Part shown: in pieces, positions 24,665 through 37,980 of the stretch | Numbering within the stretch: the first letter of the stretch is position 1 | Layout: the number at the start of each line of letters is the position of its first letter | Assembly: GCA_024679065.1 (NCBI GenBank) | Contig: JAGIQG010000013.1 | Location: forward strand, 12,028,001 to 12,092,000 | Direction: 5' to 3' | Source of the DNA: Sphyrna mokarran | Taxonomy: Eukaryota | Length of the DNA stretch: 64,000 nt | Made by a program: the position numbers and the translations under genes | Notes under the pieces: generated by a model | Told to the model about the DNA's origin: nothing | The model's database searches: none | Seen by the model: the letters and a program-made list of their open reading frames with translations, nothing else

Positions 24665-26670
24665 TAATGAAGAGAATTGCTTCTTTTGTCTCTAATGGGC
24701 CCTATTCTTTTTTTAGTCATTCTCTTGCTCTTAATATACTTATAAAACATCTTGGGATTTTCCTTAATCTTAGCTACCAATGATATTTTGTAGCCTACTT
24801 TGCCCTCCCAATTTCTTTTTTAAGCAATCCACCCCTCCCCCCCACATTCCTGAAGGGTTTCCCCCATTTTTAGTGCTTTATACCAACCACATGCTTTCCT
24901 TTTTACTTCATCAAACTCTCGCTATCCCTTGACATCCAGAGTTCCCTGGATTTGCTGCCCTTTCCCTTCACTCTCAGAGGAACTCATTAGCCCCGCACAC
25001 TTGGTATTTCACTTTTAAAAGATCCCACTTTCCAAATATAGATTTACTTGCAAGTAGTTGCTCCCAATCTATTTTTTTTTCCAGATCCTGTCTAATGATA
25101 TTGAAATTGTCCTTCCAACAATTCTGATATTTTACGTGATGATATTATTAAAAAAATCCAAAGTGCCAAAATGAGTGTTAAAACAAGAGAAACCATGCTT
25201 TGTTTTGGATGGCTTATAAGTTGAATCCTAACACATTCTGGCAAAAAAAAACTTGACAAACTTGAAACTTGCAAGTACAGTGAGTGGTTGGGGCTTAAAT
25301 TGCCTGAAAGCTCTCCGAGAGCAGCAGAGAGCACCATTGCGCATGTGCAGGTTCCTATGCTCTGAGAATACAGATACTTGCCCCCATTGTCCCTGCTGCA
25401 ATCAACTGGCTTCCACGACCCAGCAACCCTTATCCTCCACTTGTGATCGTGATTCCCCCACTACCGGAACGGTTGTTCGCCCCCCCCATTCCGGCTCAGA
25501 ACGATGACCATCCCCTCTCAACATGATCGTTATTGCAGAGTGACAGTGATCCCCTCCCTATTGATTGCTGTGGCAGGCTGCTCAGTGTTTCTCTTTCCAC
25601 CCCCTCCCTCATGATCGCTGTGTCTGCCCCAGTCTGGCCCCAACCTCTCAGGCCCTGCCCCTCAGGCCTCACCCTCTTGGCACTGCTCAGTACCAGGCTG
25701 ACACTTCCAGGGTGCCCAGTGGGCAGTGTCAGGCTGGCTTTACCCAAGGGGCACTGCCCCTGTCCCTGAACTTCTCAAAAGCCATTCGTTCTACTGGCAA
25801 GGACACCACGTCTTGATGGGGGAGCCATATGTGATTCCCAATGAGACCACAGTGGCAAGCAAGCCTAGACAATTCCCTTCTAGGCTCGCTAATTACACTA
25901 AAATTAGAATACAATACATTTGAATTATATTTCCATCCTCACACCCGAATGCATCAAATATCCAATGCTGGCAAGATTGCAATAGGCGAGAAATGATTTC
26001 TTGGCTCTCTCACAATCTTACCAGCTCATCCTGCCCATCAGTTGGTGGGTGCAACAGTAAGATCACCCACTGAGTTTCTGGGTTATCTTTTCTGTTGCCA
26101 TAATGACTTTGATAATTACAGTTACTACACTCATGTCATTATCACCAAAATGTTTGCCCACTGACACTTCAACTGCTTGCCTGATTTCATTTTCTAGGAT
26201 TAGATCAAGCACTGCCCCATTCCTTGTTGGACTATCTATGTATGGGCATAAAAAGCTCCCCAGATGCACTTTATAAATTCCACCCCATCTAATCCTTTCA
26301 TATTAAGATAATTCCAGTTAATATTGGTGAAGTTGAAATCCCCTGTAACCTATTCCTTCTCACACTTCTCCGTGTTTGCCTACTTATCTGCTCCTTTATC
26401 TCCTCTGACTGTTGGGAGGCCTATAGTATAATCCCCATAAAATGATCACTCCTTTTTTATTTCTCAGCTCCAACCAAATGTCCTTATTTGAAGAGCCTTC
26501 TAAGAAATCCTCCTGCATTACTGCAGTGACAGTCTCTTTTCATCAATAATGCAATGCTCCTCCTCTCTTACAATGGCTATCCCCCCATATCATGTCCAAG
26601 CTTCTATACTCTGGGATGTTGAGTTGGCCATTCTGCTCTTTTTTCAACCATATCTCAGTGATTCCTACAA
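24665..26670 (-). mobile_element. CR1 ORF2 APE endonuclease and linker, split by a ~0.9 kb GC-rich TIR element (~25150-26085)
   Basis: SPTRNGAVLDLILENE...VSVGKHFGDND (APE) and KIKENPKMFYKYIKSKRMTKKRIGPI. Confidence 0.8.
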
Positions 26671-26679
26671 TATCTTAAA

Positions 26680-27230
26680 TGGGAGAACTCTTAGTTTGAA
26701 AATGTGACTCATAGTTCTAAATTCTGTCATGAGTGGAGGCATCCTCTCAGCATAGACCTTGCCATGTCTCCTCAGAAATTTGTTAGCTCCATAGATTATT
26801 GATTCAATTTGCTCAATCTTTCCAACAAGACTTTTGTCCCAGGAATCAATTTAGTGAACATTATTTGAACTGCCTTCAATGTCAATATATATCCCCTTGA
26901 ATAATGAGACTAAAACTGCACGCAAAACATTTATATTCCATGCCCCCTTTTCAATAAAGGAAACAACCATTTCCTTTCTGAGTGGCATGCTATCAGTGCA
27001 TGCTAATTTTTAAAAAATCCATGTACGGGAATACCCAAATCTCTCTGCCTGTATCATTCTTCAATCCCTGTCCCTTTAAATAATGTTCTGCTTTCCTATT
27101 CTTCCCAAACAGAAACCTCATCATTTCCTCCATTATAATTTCCAATTTTTACCCATCCAATCTGTTTATCAATCCCTTTACGGAAGCTACACATTATATT
27201 TTACACTGACAGCTAACTTCCTGCACTGCT
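26680..27230 (-). mobile_element. Old CR1 RT fragment
   Basis: ccaggaatcaatttagtgaac...gagactaaaactgcacgca, rc of the conserved CR1 RT 3' region. Confidence 0.7.
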
Positions 27231-28039
27231 GTGTAACTATCAGAGGTGAGCTTGATTCTGGTTGGCTGGCCTGCCATGCTTTAATTTATTGGCCAATGTG
27301 CTTTTAATTGAGGTTAGCCATCTATTCCTCACCTGGAAGAGGTCCAGACTCATCGAGTTGTTGCCACGATGCAGCAGCAATGGCACCATCAGGAGCAATG
27401 GCGACTGCTGGTACTGCAGGAGGACTGGAAGAAAGCATTCAATGATACGTCTGGACTTACAGTTAAGTCCAAGATCTTGGGATGATAGGTCTCAGCCAGG
27501 GGGTTGAGGGGAATGGGTTGGGAAAGAAGCATGTGGGACAGGATAGGGAGTTTGGTGACGGGCACGTGGAGGGAAATCTGTGGATATTGAGGAATCTGGG
27601 AAGGGAACGCATTTTCCTGGATTTCCCAACATCCACAGATTTCCCTCTGATTCCAACAGCTTGCAGGGACAAATCTTCCTGACTGCACTTTGGGTACAGG
27701 CCTCTCCTACTGGCTGTTAACTCTGAATGGTGACAGGATGAGATACTTGAGTTATCATTACTTGCCCACTTAAGGGCTTCAATTAGAATGAGTAGGCATA
27801 GTGCCACTTTCCCAATGACAGATGTTATGCTAACTGGCCTAAAATTTCCTGCTTTCTGTCTCCCTTCTTACTTTAGCATTTATGGTTTTCCAATCATCTG
27901 GGACATTTCAACTATCAAGGGCATTTTGGAAGATTACAACCAGTGTGTTCACCAACCAAGATTTTAGATTGCATAGATTTGGGAGAAATTCCAGCTCTGC
28001 ACATTCAATTTCTAAATATGTCTGATTAAGCATCAGATT

Positions 28040-28605
28040 TCATTCAGGGTGGAGGATGCCAAGTGTGGTGGCAGGTGAAGCAGAAGACCTGCCTCTGTGC
28101 TCCATACCTCTGACTTGTGTAGTATGGATGACAGACAGGCTTTGGGAAGTCAGGAGTTGAATTGCATGCTGCAGGATTCTTAGCCTCTCATCTGCACTTG
28201 TCGTTTTTATATGGTTAGTCCAGTTCAATTTCTGGTCAATGGTAACTCCCAGAGTGGGAGCCCCAGCGATAGTAAGGTCATTGAATATCAAAGGGCAATA
28301 GTTAGATTCTCTCTTTTTGGAGATAGTGATTGCCTATTTGTGTGGCACACATATTACTTATTACTTGTCAGCCCAAGCTTGGTTTTGCATTTGGACATGG
28401 ACTGCTTCATTACCTGAGGAGTTGTGAATGGTATTGAGTATTATACAATCATCAGCAAACGTCCCCATTTCTGATGCTATGATGGAAGGAAGGTCATTAA
28501 TGAAAGAGCTGAAGCTGGGTGTAGGACACTACCCTGAGGGACTCCTGCAGTGATGTCCTGGAGTTCAGATGATGGACCTCCAATCACCACAACCATCTTC
28601 TCTTC
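28040..28605 (-). mobile_element. LINE B RT fragment
   Basis: LGVTIDQKLNWTNHI...LRILQ..IQLLTSQSLS; rc of atcatcagcaaac encodes the RT motif FADD. Confidence 0.8.
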
Positions 28606-28984
28606 TGATAGTGATTCTGCTAATTGCTTTTGCCCCTTAAATTTCTACTATTTTGGGGATGTTATTTGTGTTTTCTACCACAAAGACAGATATTAAAATA
28701 TTATTATTAATAGTTATTTATATGATTTCTCCATTAGTCTCCCCCTCCGAGGGACAAAAGCATACTTCAGCTACTCTTTTGCTTCTTACGTACTTGCAGA
28801 AATTTTACTATCGACTTTCATATTGTAAGTTTTCTCATTGTTCAACTTCTCTCTCCATTATTCCTTTGATCATCCCTCACTAATTTCTATAGTTTTCACA
28901 ATTCTCTGGCCTACCATTAACCTTTGCATCTGTTTTTCAAATTTTATACCATTCTTAGTTAGCCATGGATGATGTTATTTCTTA

Positions 28985-29140
28985 GCGTCACAAGTAGGCT
29001 TATCTTAACACTGCAATGAAGTTACTGTGAAAATCCCTTTGTCGCCACACTCTGGCACCTGTTTAGTTACCCTCAGGAGAATTTAGCATGGCCAATGCAA
29101 ATAATCAGCATTGATTTCGGACTGTGGGAGGAAACAGTTG
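28985..29140 (-). mobile_element. V-SINE, Rex1-type tail (3' half)
   Basis: gtcacaagtaggcttatcttaacactgcaatgaagttactgtgaaaatccc. Confidence 0.9.
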
Positions 29141-29184
29141 GTTTCCTACAAGATGCCAAATGGATACCAATTCTCTTTTCTTCT

Positions 29185-29667
29185 TCCTTGCTATAGAGGG
29201 AGTACAGTGAAAGTTTATCAGATTTGTCATATGAGGAGACATTAATTTGGTTAGGATTATATTCACTGGAGTTTAGAAGAGTGAGGGAGGATTTCAAAGA
29301 AACTTATAAAATTCTAACAGTGTAGATTCAGAAAGAATGTTCCCAATGGTGAAGGAGTCCAGAACCAGGGGACATAGTTTGAGGATAACGGGTAAACCAT
29401 TTAGAACTGAGATGAGGAGAAGTTTTTTTCACCCAGAGGATGGTATGTGGAACTAACTATCACAGAAAGTAGTTGAAGCAAAAATGTTGTCTGATTTCAA
29501 GAAGGAATTAGGTAAAGCTCTTGGAGTAAAGGGATCAAAGGATATGGGGGGAAGGAGGATCAGGATATTGAATTCAATGATCGGCCCTGATCAAGATGAA
29601 TGGCAGAGCAGACTTGAAGAGCTGAATCGCCAACTCCTGTTTCTAGTTTCTATGTTTCCATGTTTCC
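29185..29667 (+). mobile_element. CR1 3' fragment
   Basis: ttgtcatatgaggagac...tcactggagtttagaaga...gtttctatgtttcc tail. Confidence 0.85.
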
Positions 29668-31132
29668 AAAAATCTGTGGCCAGAGCTATCAATACCCAAG
29701 GTGGGTATGTTGGCCAGAGTTTCAATGTTCAAACATGGATTCCTCCTCAGGCAATTAGCATTTGGCCATGGTTGCATTTTCCTACACGATAGTCAGTGCA
29801 TCTCACGAGAGATTTGTGATACAAGAAGCTTTTGAAACAGAGGGAAAGAAAAAGGGGGTGCTGTTTAAATGCAGACCTTGCTTTCCATCTTCATATTGGT
29901 CATCCACTGTCCCTGACTGTTGCGACTTACACAGGAAGAACAGTGTATCGATTTTAATCAGGCAATTGAGGTTGGCCTGCTAGAATATGAACTCCCTGAT
30001 TAAGGGCCCAATTGATCCAGTTGACCCAAAAGTTCAATCAGGGTGCCCCATGCTTTGTACTTAAACGGAAGTGTCAATTCCTCTGGCACTCCGGATGTAG
30101 ACTGCATACTGCGAGCACTCTGTATAGTGCTGTTGGACCTTGTAAATGAAAGAATTTTGGTGAAGGAATTTCCACCTCTGAGGACTAATTACAAACAGTT
30201 ACTTGGGAAAGGCAATGTATTGCAGCAAAAACAGACAGCTTCAGCAGAATGAAGATTGTAACAGGATTTTAAAAAAGTTGATGAAGTAGTTTCAAAACCT
30301 CACCCTGGGCTTTTTATCAAATAATAATAATGCACACAATCATGTCAGATCCCATGACGATTGTTAGCATCTGGTTATGCTTATAGTTCTAGGAATTAAA
30401 AGAGCAACATGTACTCCTTTCCCTCTGAGAAGTCCCTCCAAAGACATGCTGCATTTCTCAAAAAAGCCCTTACAACTGTAAAGGCAGCAATATGACTACT
30501 GTGTGCATGCAGAAGAAAATAGGAATGAGAAAATGGCCTGAGATCCCTGAGCTTGCTTTTTGTGTCATATGTCAGCAGTGTTGTTAATTAAGGGGTGTGG
30601 TGGATGATTATTATGGGCTAGGCTTGGCATATCTCCAAGTGCCTATGGCTGAATACAATGCAATATTTTTCTTGTGGGTTTCCCCAGGAGATTTAATGAT
30701 TGTTGCAACAATCACTCTTTGTACTGTATCCTAAATATATTAAAAAAACAGACTGCAGATTGTCTTAAATTTAAGTACAAAAGGCTTGTCTTTACTTCAA
30801 AGTCTGTCTTATGCGCTTTTATTTCAGGGCACTATCTTCACTGAAAATGTGCTCCTAAGTGCGGAAACAAAAAACGATACACAATTATTTTACGGTCAGG
30901 TTTGTTTGAGTGGGACAATAACACTGCTTGAAATTTCCTGACTGTTGTTACTGGTTCAAAAAGACAATCTGAACATGCTGTAAGTTCCCTTATCAGCTGA
31001 GATATTAGTCATGCAAGTTCCAGCAGCCCTCAAAAGTTTGAAATCAAGTTCATTTAATGAGTTGTCATCACAGAACTCCTATGGTGCAGAAGGAGGCCAT
31101 TCAGCCCATCAAGTCCACAAGTAGGATATTGA

Positions 31133-31415
31133 ATTGTCACAAGTAGGCTTACATTAACACTGCAATGAAGTTACTGTGAAAATCCCATAGTTGACACATT
31201 CCATAGCTTGTTTGGGTACACTGAGGAAGAAGTTTGCCTGGCAATCCACTTAACCTGCACGTCTTTCAGACTTTGGGAGAAAAGTGGAGCACCCAAAGGA
31301 AACTCATGCATACAAAGGGACAACGTGCAAACTCTGCACACACAGTGACCCAAGCTGGGAATCGAACCCAGGTCTATGGAATTATGAGGTAGTAGTGCTA
31401 ACCACTGTGCCGTGT
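31133..31415 (-). mobile_element. V-SINE, Rex1-type tail
   Basis: attgtcacaagtaggcttacattaacactgcaatgaagttactgtgaaaatccc...gggaatcgaacccagg. Confidence 0.9.
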
Positions 31416-31744
31416 AGCTTATATTAGACTTATCCCCTAGTGGAGAAGGTTGAATGAATAACAACTACTTTGCACGTTCCTCAAGGTAGACACAGCAGTT
31501 GAGGAGAAGCTGGTTCACATCTCCCTCATGGAATTGGGTGTATGTCTTGTTACTTATTAAGTTCCTTCTTGGAAGCAGGGCTGACTAACAGTCTCAAACC
31601 TCTCCATTTCAAATATTGCTGACCGTTATAATTCCAAAGGATGGTGTCAGCAACCGAAAGGAAAATGGTTGCAGAAAACATTGCATGGTACTAATAAATA
31701 TATTAGTATGTCAGCAGCTACCGGGAAAAATATAGAATCCAGAA

Positions 31745-32236
31745 TTCATATATACCTTACAGTGCAGAAGTAGGTCATTTGGAGGACAGTGGGTCCCACC
31801 TATAACAATCCTACCAAGCTACGTCTTATCCCTGTAACCCCACATATTTACCCCACTAATCCCTCTAACTTACACATTGCATGACACAAAGGGGCAGTTT
31901 AGCATGGTCAATGCACTTAAGCTGCGCATCTTTGGATTGTGGGAGCAATCTGAACACTGCATTTGCCTGAGGAAGACACAGAGTGTTGAAAGCTCGCTTT
32001 TTTACTATCAAATAAATCGGTTGGATTATAAATTGGTGTTGCTAAATTCTTACTGAGTTCTTACCACCCCAATCCAACGCCGGCATCTGTATATTGTGGG
32101 AGCAAACCAGAGTACCTGGAGGAAACCTGCGCAGACATGAGGTGAATATGCAGACTCTGCACGGATAGTCACCCAAGCTGGGAATCAAACTCAGGTCCCT
32201 GGTGCTATGAAGCAGCAATGCCAACCACTGTACCCT
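31745..32236 (-). mobile_element. V-SINE HE1-like, CR1-type tail, interrupted by a Penelope end
   Basis: V-domain duplicated around the insertion: gcatctttggattgtgggagcaa / gcatctgtatattgtgggagcaa. Confidence 0.85.
31951..32088 (+). mobile_element. Penelope-like pLTR 3' end with minimal hammerhead ribozyme core
   Basis: CTGAGGA-a-GACAC-aga-GTGTT-GAAA-gc-tc-gc-TT, then caaataaa...ccaatccaacgccggcatct as in 51690-51770. Confidence 0.75.
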
Positions 32237-33243
32237 TCTTGACGCTCTGTGTTTCCTGGATCCCAAGAAATCTTGTTGCCTCCACTCCATTGGTCTGTTT
32301 TCCAGTGGGCTGAATAGCAGTGCTGAAAAGGTTAAATTATGAGGACAGGTTGCACAGACTAAGGCTGGCATTTTCCAGCACTTCCTGCCTGCATGATCTT
32401 CCAGTTCCACCACAAATTGACACCTTGTGGAGGGTTCCAAAGTGATGGGGCAAGTGAGCTATGCAAAATCCCACAGATTTCAGCAAGACCAGAAGATCCT
32501 GCCAGCAGCCATTGATTCTGCCACGAGAAAATGTGGTGGGGAGGAATTCTGACCTGGATTTCCTTGAGTTCAGAGATTAAGAGTTGGTGTCAATGAGGTT
32601 GTTTTGAGATGAATAATAAAGATAATAAAGGGAAACTTCTTTCCTGAAATGCTGGCAGACACTGGAATTATCTCCATATATGTTTTATCAACAAGAACCC
32701 CTTGGAGCACCAGTGGGCTTTCCTAACACCATCGAGATTGGAAACCCAGCTACATAACAGGTTCATTTATCACGTAAGTTCACAGCAACTCTATCTTCCC
32801 AGTATCTACCCTAAGGTTTCCAAGCTGACTAAAGGAGCTAATAGGACTGACAGAAGTGATTTTCAATGGTGGACAAGTTCAGAACCTTAAAAATTGAGGA
32901 AGACCACTCAGGGGTGATATCAGGAAACTCATCTTCACACAATGGAATTTGAAATAACTTTGCCACAAAAAGCTGTTGAGGCTTTGTTAGGATTCCTGCA
33001 GAGATATACACACCTAAAGAATTAAATTTACCGAAGGACCCCCAGTGAAAATATCAGTGGGCAAGATGACACATTTATAACTTTTATTTAACAATCTAAG
33101 AAAAGTCAAACAAGAATCAACAGAAAAATTTTGGCCACTGTAAATTATAAGTAGTTTTTAATGACAGATACAACAATGATAAACCTCACACATCTACTGA
33201 GCAATTCACTCAGCAGTTATAGCACTCATTTCAATGCTAAGTC

Positions 33244-33650
33244 ATAGAATCATAGAGTCAGAGAGGTTTACAGCATGGAAACAGGCCCTTCAGCCTAACT
33301 TGTCTACGTTGCCCTTTTTCTAAACCCTTAAGCTAATCCCAATTGCCCGCTTTTGGCCTATATCCCTCTACACCCATCATATCCATGTAACTATCTAAAT
33401 GCTTTTTAAAAGATAAAATTTTACTCTGGCAGCTTGGTCCAGACACTCTATTCTTTGAGTGAAAAAATTACCCTTTTGGACACTTTTGTATTTCTCCCCT
33501 CTCACTTTAAACCTATACCCCCTAGTTTTAGACTCCCTTATATTCAAGAAAAGATATTGACTACCTACCTTGTCTATGCCCCTTAGCCTCCCTATACTCC
33601 AGAGGAAAAAGTCCCAGTCTATTCAGTCTCTTATAACTCAAGTCTTGGTA
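33244..33650 (-). mobile_element. CR1 3' fragment
   Basis: catagaatcatagagtc tail, acagcatggaaacaggcccttcagcc, ORF2 end. Confidence 0.85.
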
Positions 33651-33901
33651 CATCATTGTAAAAGTCCTTCAAAGCTCTGAATTTCTTCATGGAGAATTCC
33701 AGTTTCTTTTCTTCAAGGATTTAGCTACCAGTTCTTAACTGATAGCAGGTCCCCAATCCACATGAGTTCCACCACAATCGCACATTTCTGCAGGGCCTCC
33801 TTCACTTTGTTCTTGACAGTCTTCGCAGTGTAGATCCACCGTAATCAACTTTATCTGAACCCTCAGCCTTGTGCACTGCATGGCTGGCAGTGGTCAACTA
33901 A

Positions 33902-34238
33902 GGGCGGTATGGTGGTACAGTAGTTAGCATTAGTCAGAGCGCCAGGGATCCAGGTTTGATTCCTGGCTTGGGTCGCTGTCTGTGTGGAGTCTACATGTTC
34001 TCCTCGTGTCTGGGTGGGTTTCCTCTGAGTGCTTAGTTTCCTCCCAGGCTCCAAAGATATGTGGGTTAGGCACATTGGTCATGCTAAATTGCCCCTTGGT
34101 GTCCCAGAATGTGTAAGTTAGAGCAACTAGCAGGGTACATATGTGGGGTTACAGGGATAGTGCTTGGGTGAGATTGTGGTAAGTGCAGACTCGATGGGCC
34201 TAATAGCTTCCTTCTGCACTGTAATGTTTCTGATTCTG
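33902..34238 (+). mobile_element. V-SINE HE1-like, CR1-type tail, full length
   Basis: gggcggtatggtggtacagtagttagca...ggtttgattcc...gtgcagactcgatgggcc. Confidence 0.9.
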
Positions 34239-34584
34239 ACAAATTCCTTTAAAAATAAGTGAAGCAGTGGCAGTAACCTTACCTTCCTTCTCTTCTGCCC
34301 CAGATCCAGCCTTCAATTTCCCAACTTTTCAGCTGCAGCCCTCTCCAACACCCTCCTGTAAAATCTGATCCCATGGGGTTTCTGAGGCACCAGTCTTAAC
34401 TGAAGGAACTGTCAGAGTGGCTTTCTGACAGGTACAGAGAGAACCAAAAAGAAAGAAAAGCTACTTTACTGTGTCGCTGCCAACCTGTTGTCAAAAATGA
34501 AAGTATTGGTAGGAGTGACTATTGCACAGTCTATGTAGATACCAAGTCCCATTTCTATCCTGAACATCAAGCTAACTTATTTTT

Positions 34585-34950
34585 TCTCTATTCATTCATG
34601 GGATTTGAGCATTGCTGGCTAGTCCAGTATTTATTGCACATCCCTAATTGCCCTTGAGCACATTTCAGAGGGCAGTTTCTTTTAAAATCAACCACATTGC
34701 TGTTAATCTAGAGTCTCTTGGAGACCAGACTGGGTTACATTTCCTTCCCTAAAGGACATTAGTGAACCAGATGGGTTTTGTTTGCAACATCAGTAATGGT
34801 TTCATGGTCTTTATCATTAGACTTTTAATTCTAGATTTTTATTGAATTAAAATGTCACCATCTGTTGCATTGGGATTTGAATCCCAATCCCTGCAACTTT
34901 ACCTGAGTCTCTGATTTACCAGTCCAGCATTAATAGCATCACTTCAGAAC
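34585..34950 (-). mobile_element. SINE family B
   Basis: ttcattcatggga...ttccttccctaaaggacattagtgaaccagatggg. Confidence 0.85.
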
Positions 34951-34959
34951 AGATCCAGC

Positions 34960-36040
34960 AGCTCAAAGCTGGTTCACTAATGTCCTCCATGTGGTCTGAC
35001 ATATCCCTCACTTTAACATTTCCATCAAGCCAGGGGACCAACTCTAGTTCAATGTGAAGTGAAGGGAGTATGCCTAGATTAGCACCAGGCATATCTGAAA
35101 AAAAAGATGTCAAGTTGATGAGACTACAGCACATGGAAGTGAGCCAAAGGAAATAGCATGCTATATCAGAGCTAAGTGATCCCACAACCAGTGGATCAGG
35201 CCAACCTCTGCGGTAGTGCCACAAGCAGTCATGTGTGACAATGGACAATTAAATAACTAACAGCAAGATGAACATCCTCAAACATCTCCATGCATCCTCA
35301 ATGATGGGGGATCCATTGCTTCAGTGCAAATGACAAGGCTGAAGTATTTTCAGCCACGGAAGTGCCAAATGGAGGATTCAACTTGGCCTTCCCCTGTGGT
35401 TCCCAGCTACAGAAGTCAATTTTCAGCCAATTTGATTCACTCCATGTGAGGTCAAGAAATGGCTCAAAGCATTGCATGCAACACAAGCTGTTGGCTCTGA
35501 CAAAACCTCGCCAGTGTACTGAAGATTTGTGTTCCAGATCTATCCATACCTTTAGACAGACTGTGCAAGTACAACACTGGGATCTACCTGGCAATGTGGA
35601 AAATTGCCTAAGTGTGTCCTGTTCAGGTAAGTCAGGATCAATGCAATCTGATCAATTTTTGCTCCATCAATCTACTCTCAATCATAAGCAAAGTGATGGA
35701 GTGTGCCTTGACTATGCTATCAAATAGAAGTTACTGAACAACAATCTGTTTTTGCTGCTCCATTCAGTTTCCATCTAGCTCCTGGCCTCATTGTAGACTT
35801 GATCAATACATGGGCCAAAGAGCTGAAGTCCAGAGTGAGATGATGGTGATTTCTCTGAAATCTAAGGCGGTATTTGCCTGAGTATGGCACTCACACCATA
35901 GAGGGCCCTAGCAAAATTGATGTCAGTGGGAATCAGGGGGCAAACTCTCCACTGGTTGCAATCTTGGCTGGCAAAAAGAAAGATGGTTATGGTTGTTGGG
36001 TGTCAATCATCTCAGTTCCAGGACATCGCTGCTGGAGTTG
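34960..36040 (+). mobile_element. LINE B ORF2 fragment
   Basis: Homologous (rc) to 9000-10300; contains atgtggaaaattgcc...caatctactctcaatcataagcaaagtgatgga. Confidence 0.75.
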
Positions 36041-36211
36041 AAAATGCTTGTTAGATACTCTGTTCAGTACTGACAATTCAGCAGAGAGGACATTAGGCCA
36101 ATAATTAGGACATTAAATGATCTGATGCCCATTTAAAGCGGCCATAACAGACACCTGAATATATCCGATTTCAGTGAGGTATTGAATGTATTTCCTGAAA
36201 ATTGGGATGCA

Positions 36212-36780
36212 TAACTTAGTAAAATAAAGGAGCAGAATTAAGCCCTTCAGCCCATTGAGTCCACTTCGCCATTCAATCTTGGCTGATATGCTCCTCATTC
36301 CCATTTTCCTGCCTTCTCCCCATAACCCTTTCAACCCATTACCAATTAAAAATCTAACTCCTGCTTAAATTTACTCACTGTCCACTGCCCTTTGGGATAG
36401 GAAATTCCACAGATTCACAACCCTTTGGGAGAAGTAGTTTCTCCTCAACTCTGTTTTAAATTTGCTGCCCCTTATCCGAAGACTATGACCGCTTGTCCCA
36501 GAATGCCCCACAAGAGGAAGCATTCGCTCCACATCTACTTTATCAATATCCTCAATATGATCTTCCCTCATTCTTTTAAATTCCAGAGAGTACAGGTCTA
36601 AACTGTTCAACTTCTCTTCATACGACAAACCCGTCATCTCTGGAATCAATCTAGTGAACCTCCTCTGAACTGTCTCCAATGCCGCTACATCTTTACTCAA
36701 ATAATGGGATCAAATCTGTGCACAATACTCCAGGTGCAGTCTCACCAATGACTTGTATAGTTGCAACAATACTTCTTTAC
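36212..36780 (-). mobile_element. CR1 RT/ORF2 3' fragment
   Basis: KDVAALETVQRRFTRLIPEMTGLSYEEKL...RRNYFSQRVVNLWN. Confidence 0.9.
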
Positions 36781-36814
36781 CTGTCCAATATCTCAGTCAA
36801 ATATAAATCTCTTC

Positions 36815-36945
36815 ACATTTCTGAAGAAGAGTCAGACTGACTCAAAATGTCAAGTCTGTTTCTTTCTCCGCGTATATTGCCAGAGCTGCCGAGTTAATTC
36901 AGCGTTTTCTGTTTTTTATTCAAATTTCTAGCATCGGCAGTTTTA
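36815..36945 (+). mobile_element. Penelope pLTR end with decayed hammerhead core
   Basis: CTGAAGA-a-GAGTC-agact-GACTC-AAAA (GAAA lost). Confidence 0.65.
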
Positions 36946-37693
36946 TCTTGGGGTTTCAATGTAATCTAGTCTGAAGCCACAGATGATTTCTTTCTCCTAG
37001 TTTCTAATATATGGAGAGCCAGAAGTTCTTGTTGGCTGTATACATTTTCAACCACTTTGTTTAAATAAATCAGGTCTGCCTACCCTATTGAGTTACCCCT
37101 GTAGTGCTGAGCATCTCTGTAAATTTGAATGTGGAACTTAAGATTGGTTTGCTTCAGGTGCCCAGAATGTGCTCAAGTGATTAATTGTGGTGCTGTGGTC
37201 TCTGTTTACGTGGCTGTGAGCCGATAGGAAACAAATGAGGACAGAGATCTTCTTAACTAGTTGCGATGTCTTTACAGACACATCTTTCATGGGCCTCAAA
37301 GAAGTACAGAGCAAGAAGTGGTTGCCTGACATGTCGAACACCTCCTTCAAAAGTCATTCCCCTAGAGAAAACATCAATAAAAGTCCCCATTATAAACTGA
37401 ATTCATCTCATGTCCATCATTCTCCAAACATAGATTAAAGAGTGAAATGTGAGACAGCAGAGGCACTGGCAAAGCCACAGTATTAATTTCTTTCCCTCGT
37501 GGGAAAAGGCAGGTGTTTGTCAACCTTGGGCTAAGAAACACTTCAAAAAAGATTTCCGGAAGTGAATTTTAATTTACAGAAAGTCAGGAATTAGAGCTAT
37601 TTTGAGGCCAGTGTCTTAACCATGAAACTCAGATTACAAGAATAATTTAAAGGTAAATATAAAAACAATATCATTTCTTAAATGCGTAGTTCA

Positions 37694-37980
37694 TTTTATT
37701 TATTTATTATTGTCACAAGTAGGCTTATATTAACACTGAAATGACGTTACTGCAAAAATCCCCTAGATGCTCCACTCTGGCGCCTGTTTGGGTACACTGA
37801 GGGAGAATTTGGCATGGCCAATGTAACCAACCAGCATGTCTTTCGGACTGTGAGGAAACTGGAATGCCCAGAGGAAACCCAGGTAGACATGGGGAGAATG
37901 TGCAGACTCTGCACGGATAATAATCCAAGCCAGGAATTGAACCTGTGTCCCTGGTGCTGTGAGGCAGCAGAGCTAATTAT
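37694..37980 (-). mobile_element. V-SINE, Rex1-type tail
   Basis: tttatttatttattattgtcacaagtaggc...ctgagggagaattt...ggaattgaacc. Confidence 0.9.

Larger units (their letters stand above)
32985..34566 (-). mobile_element. Probable solo LTR containing nested CR1 and V-SINE
   Basis: Termini TGTTAGGA...TCCTGAACA; minus-strand AATAAA at ~33083. Confidence 0.45.

Noticed and set aside
33902-33970. tRNA genes at SINE heads (here and in all similar copies)
   Set aside because: A and B boxes run directly into SINE bodies; no complete cloverleaf.
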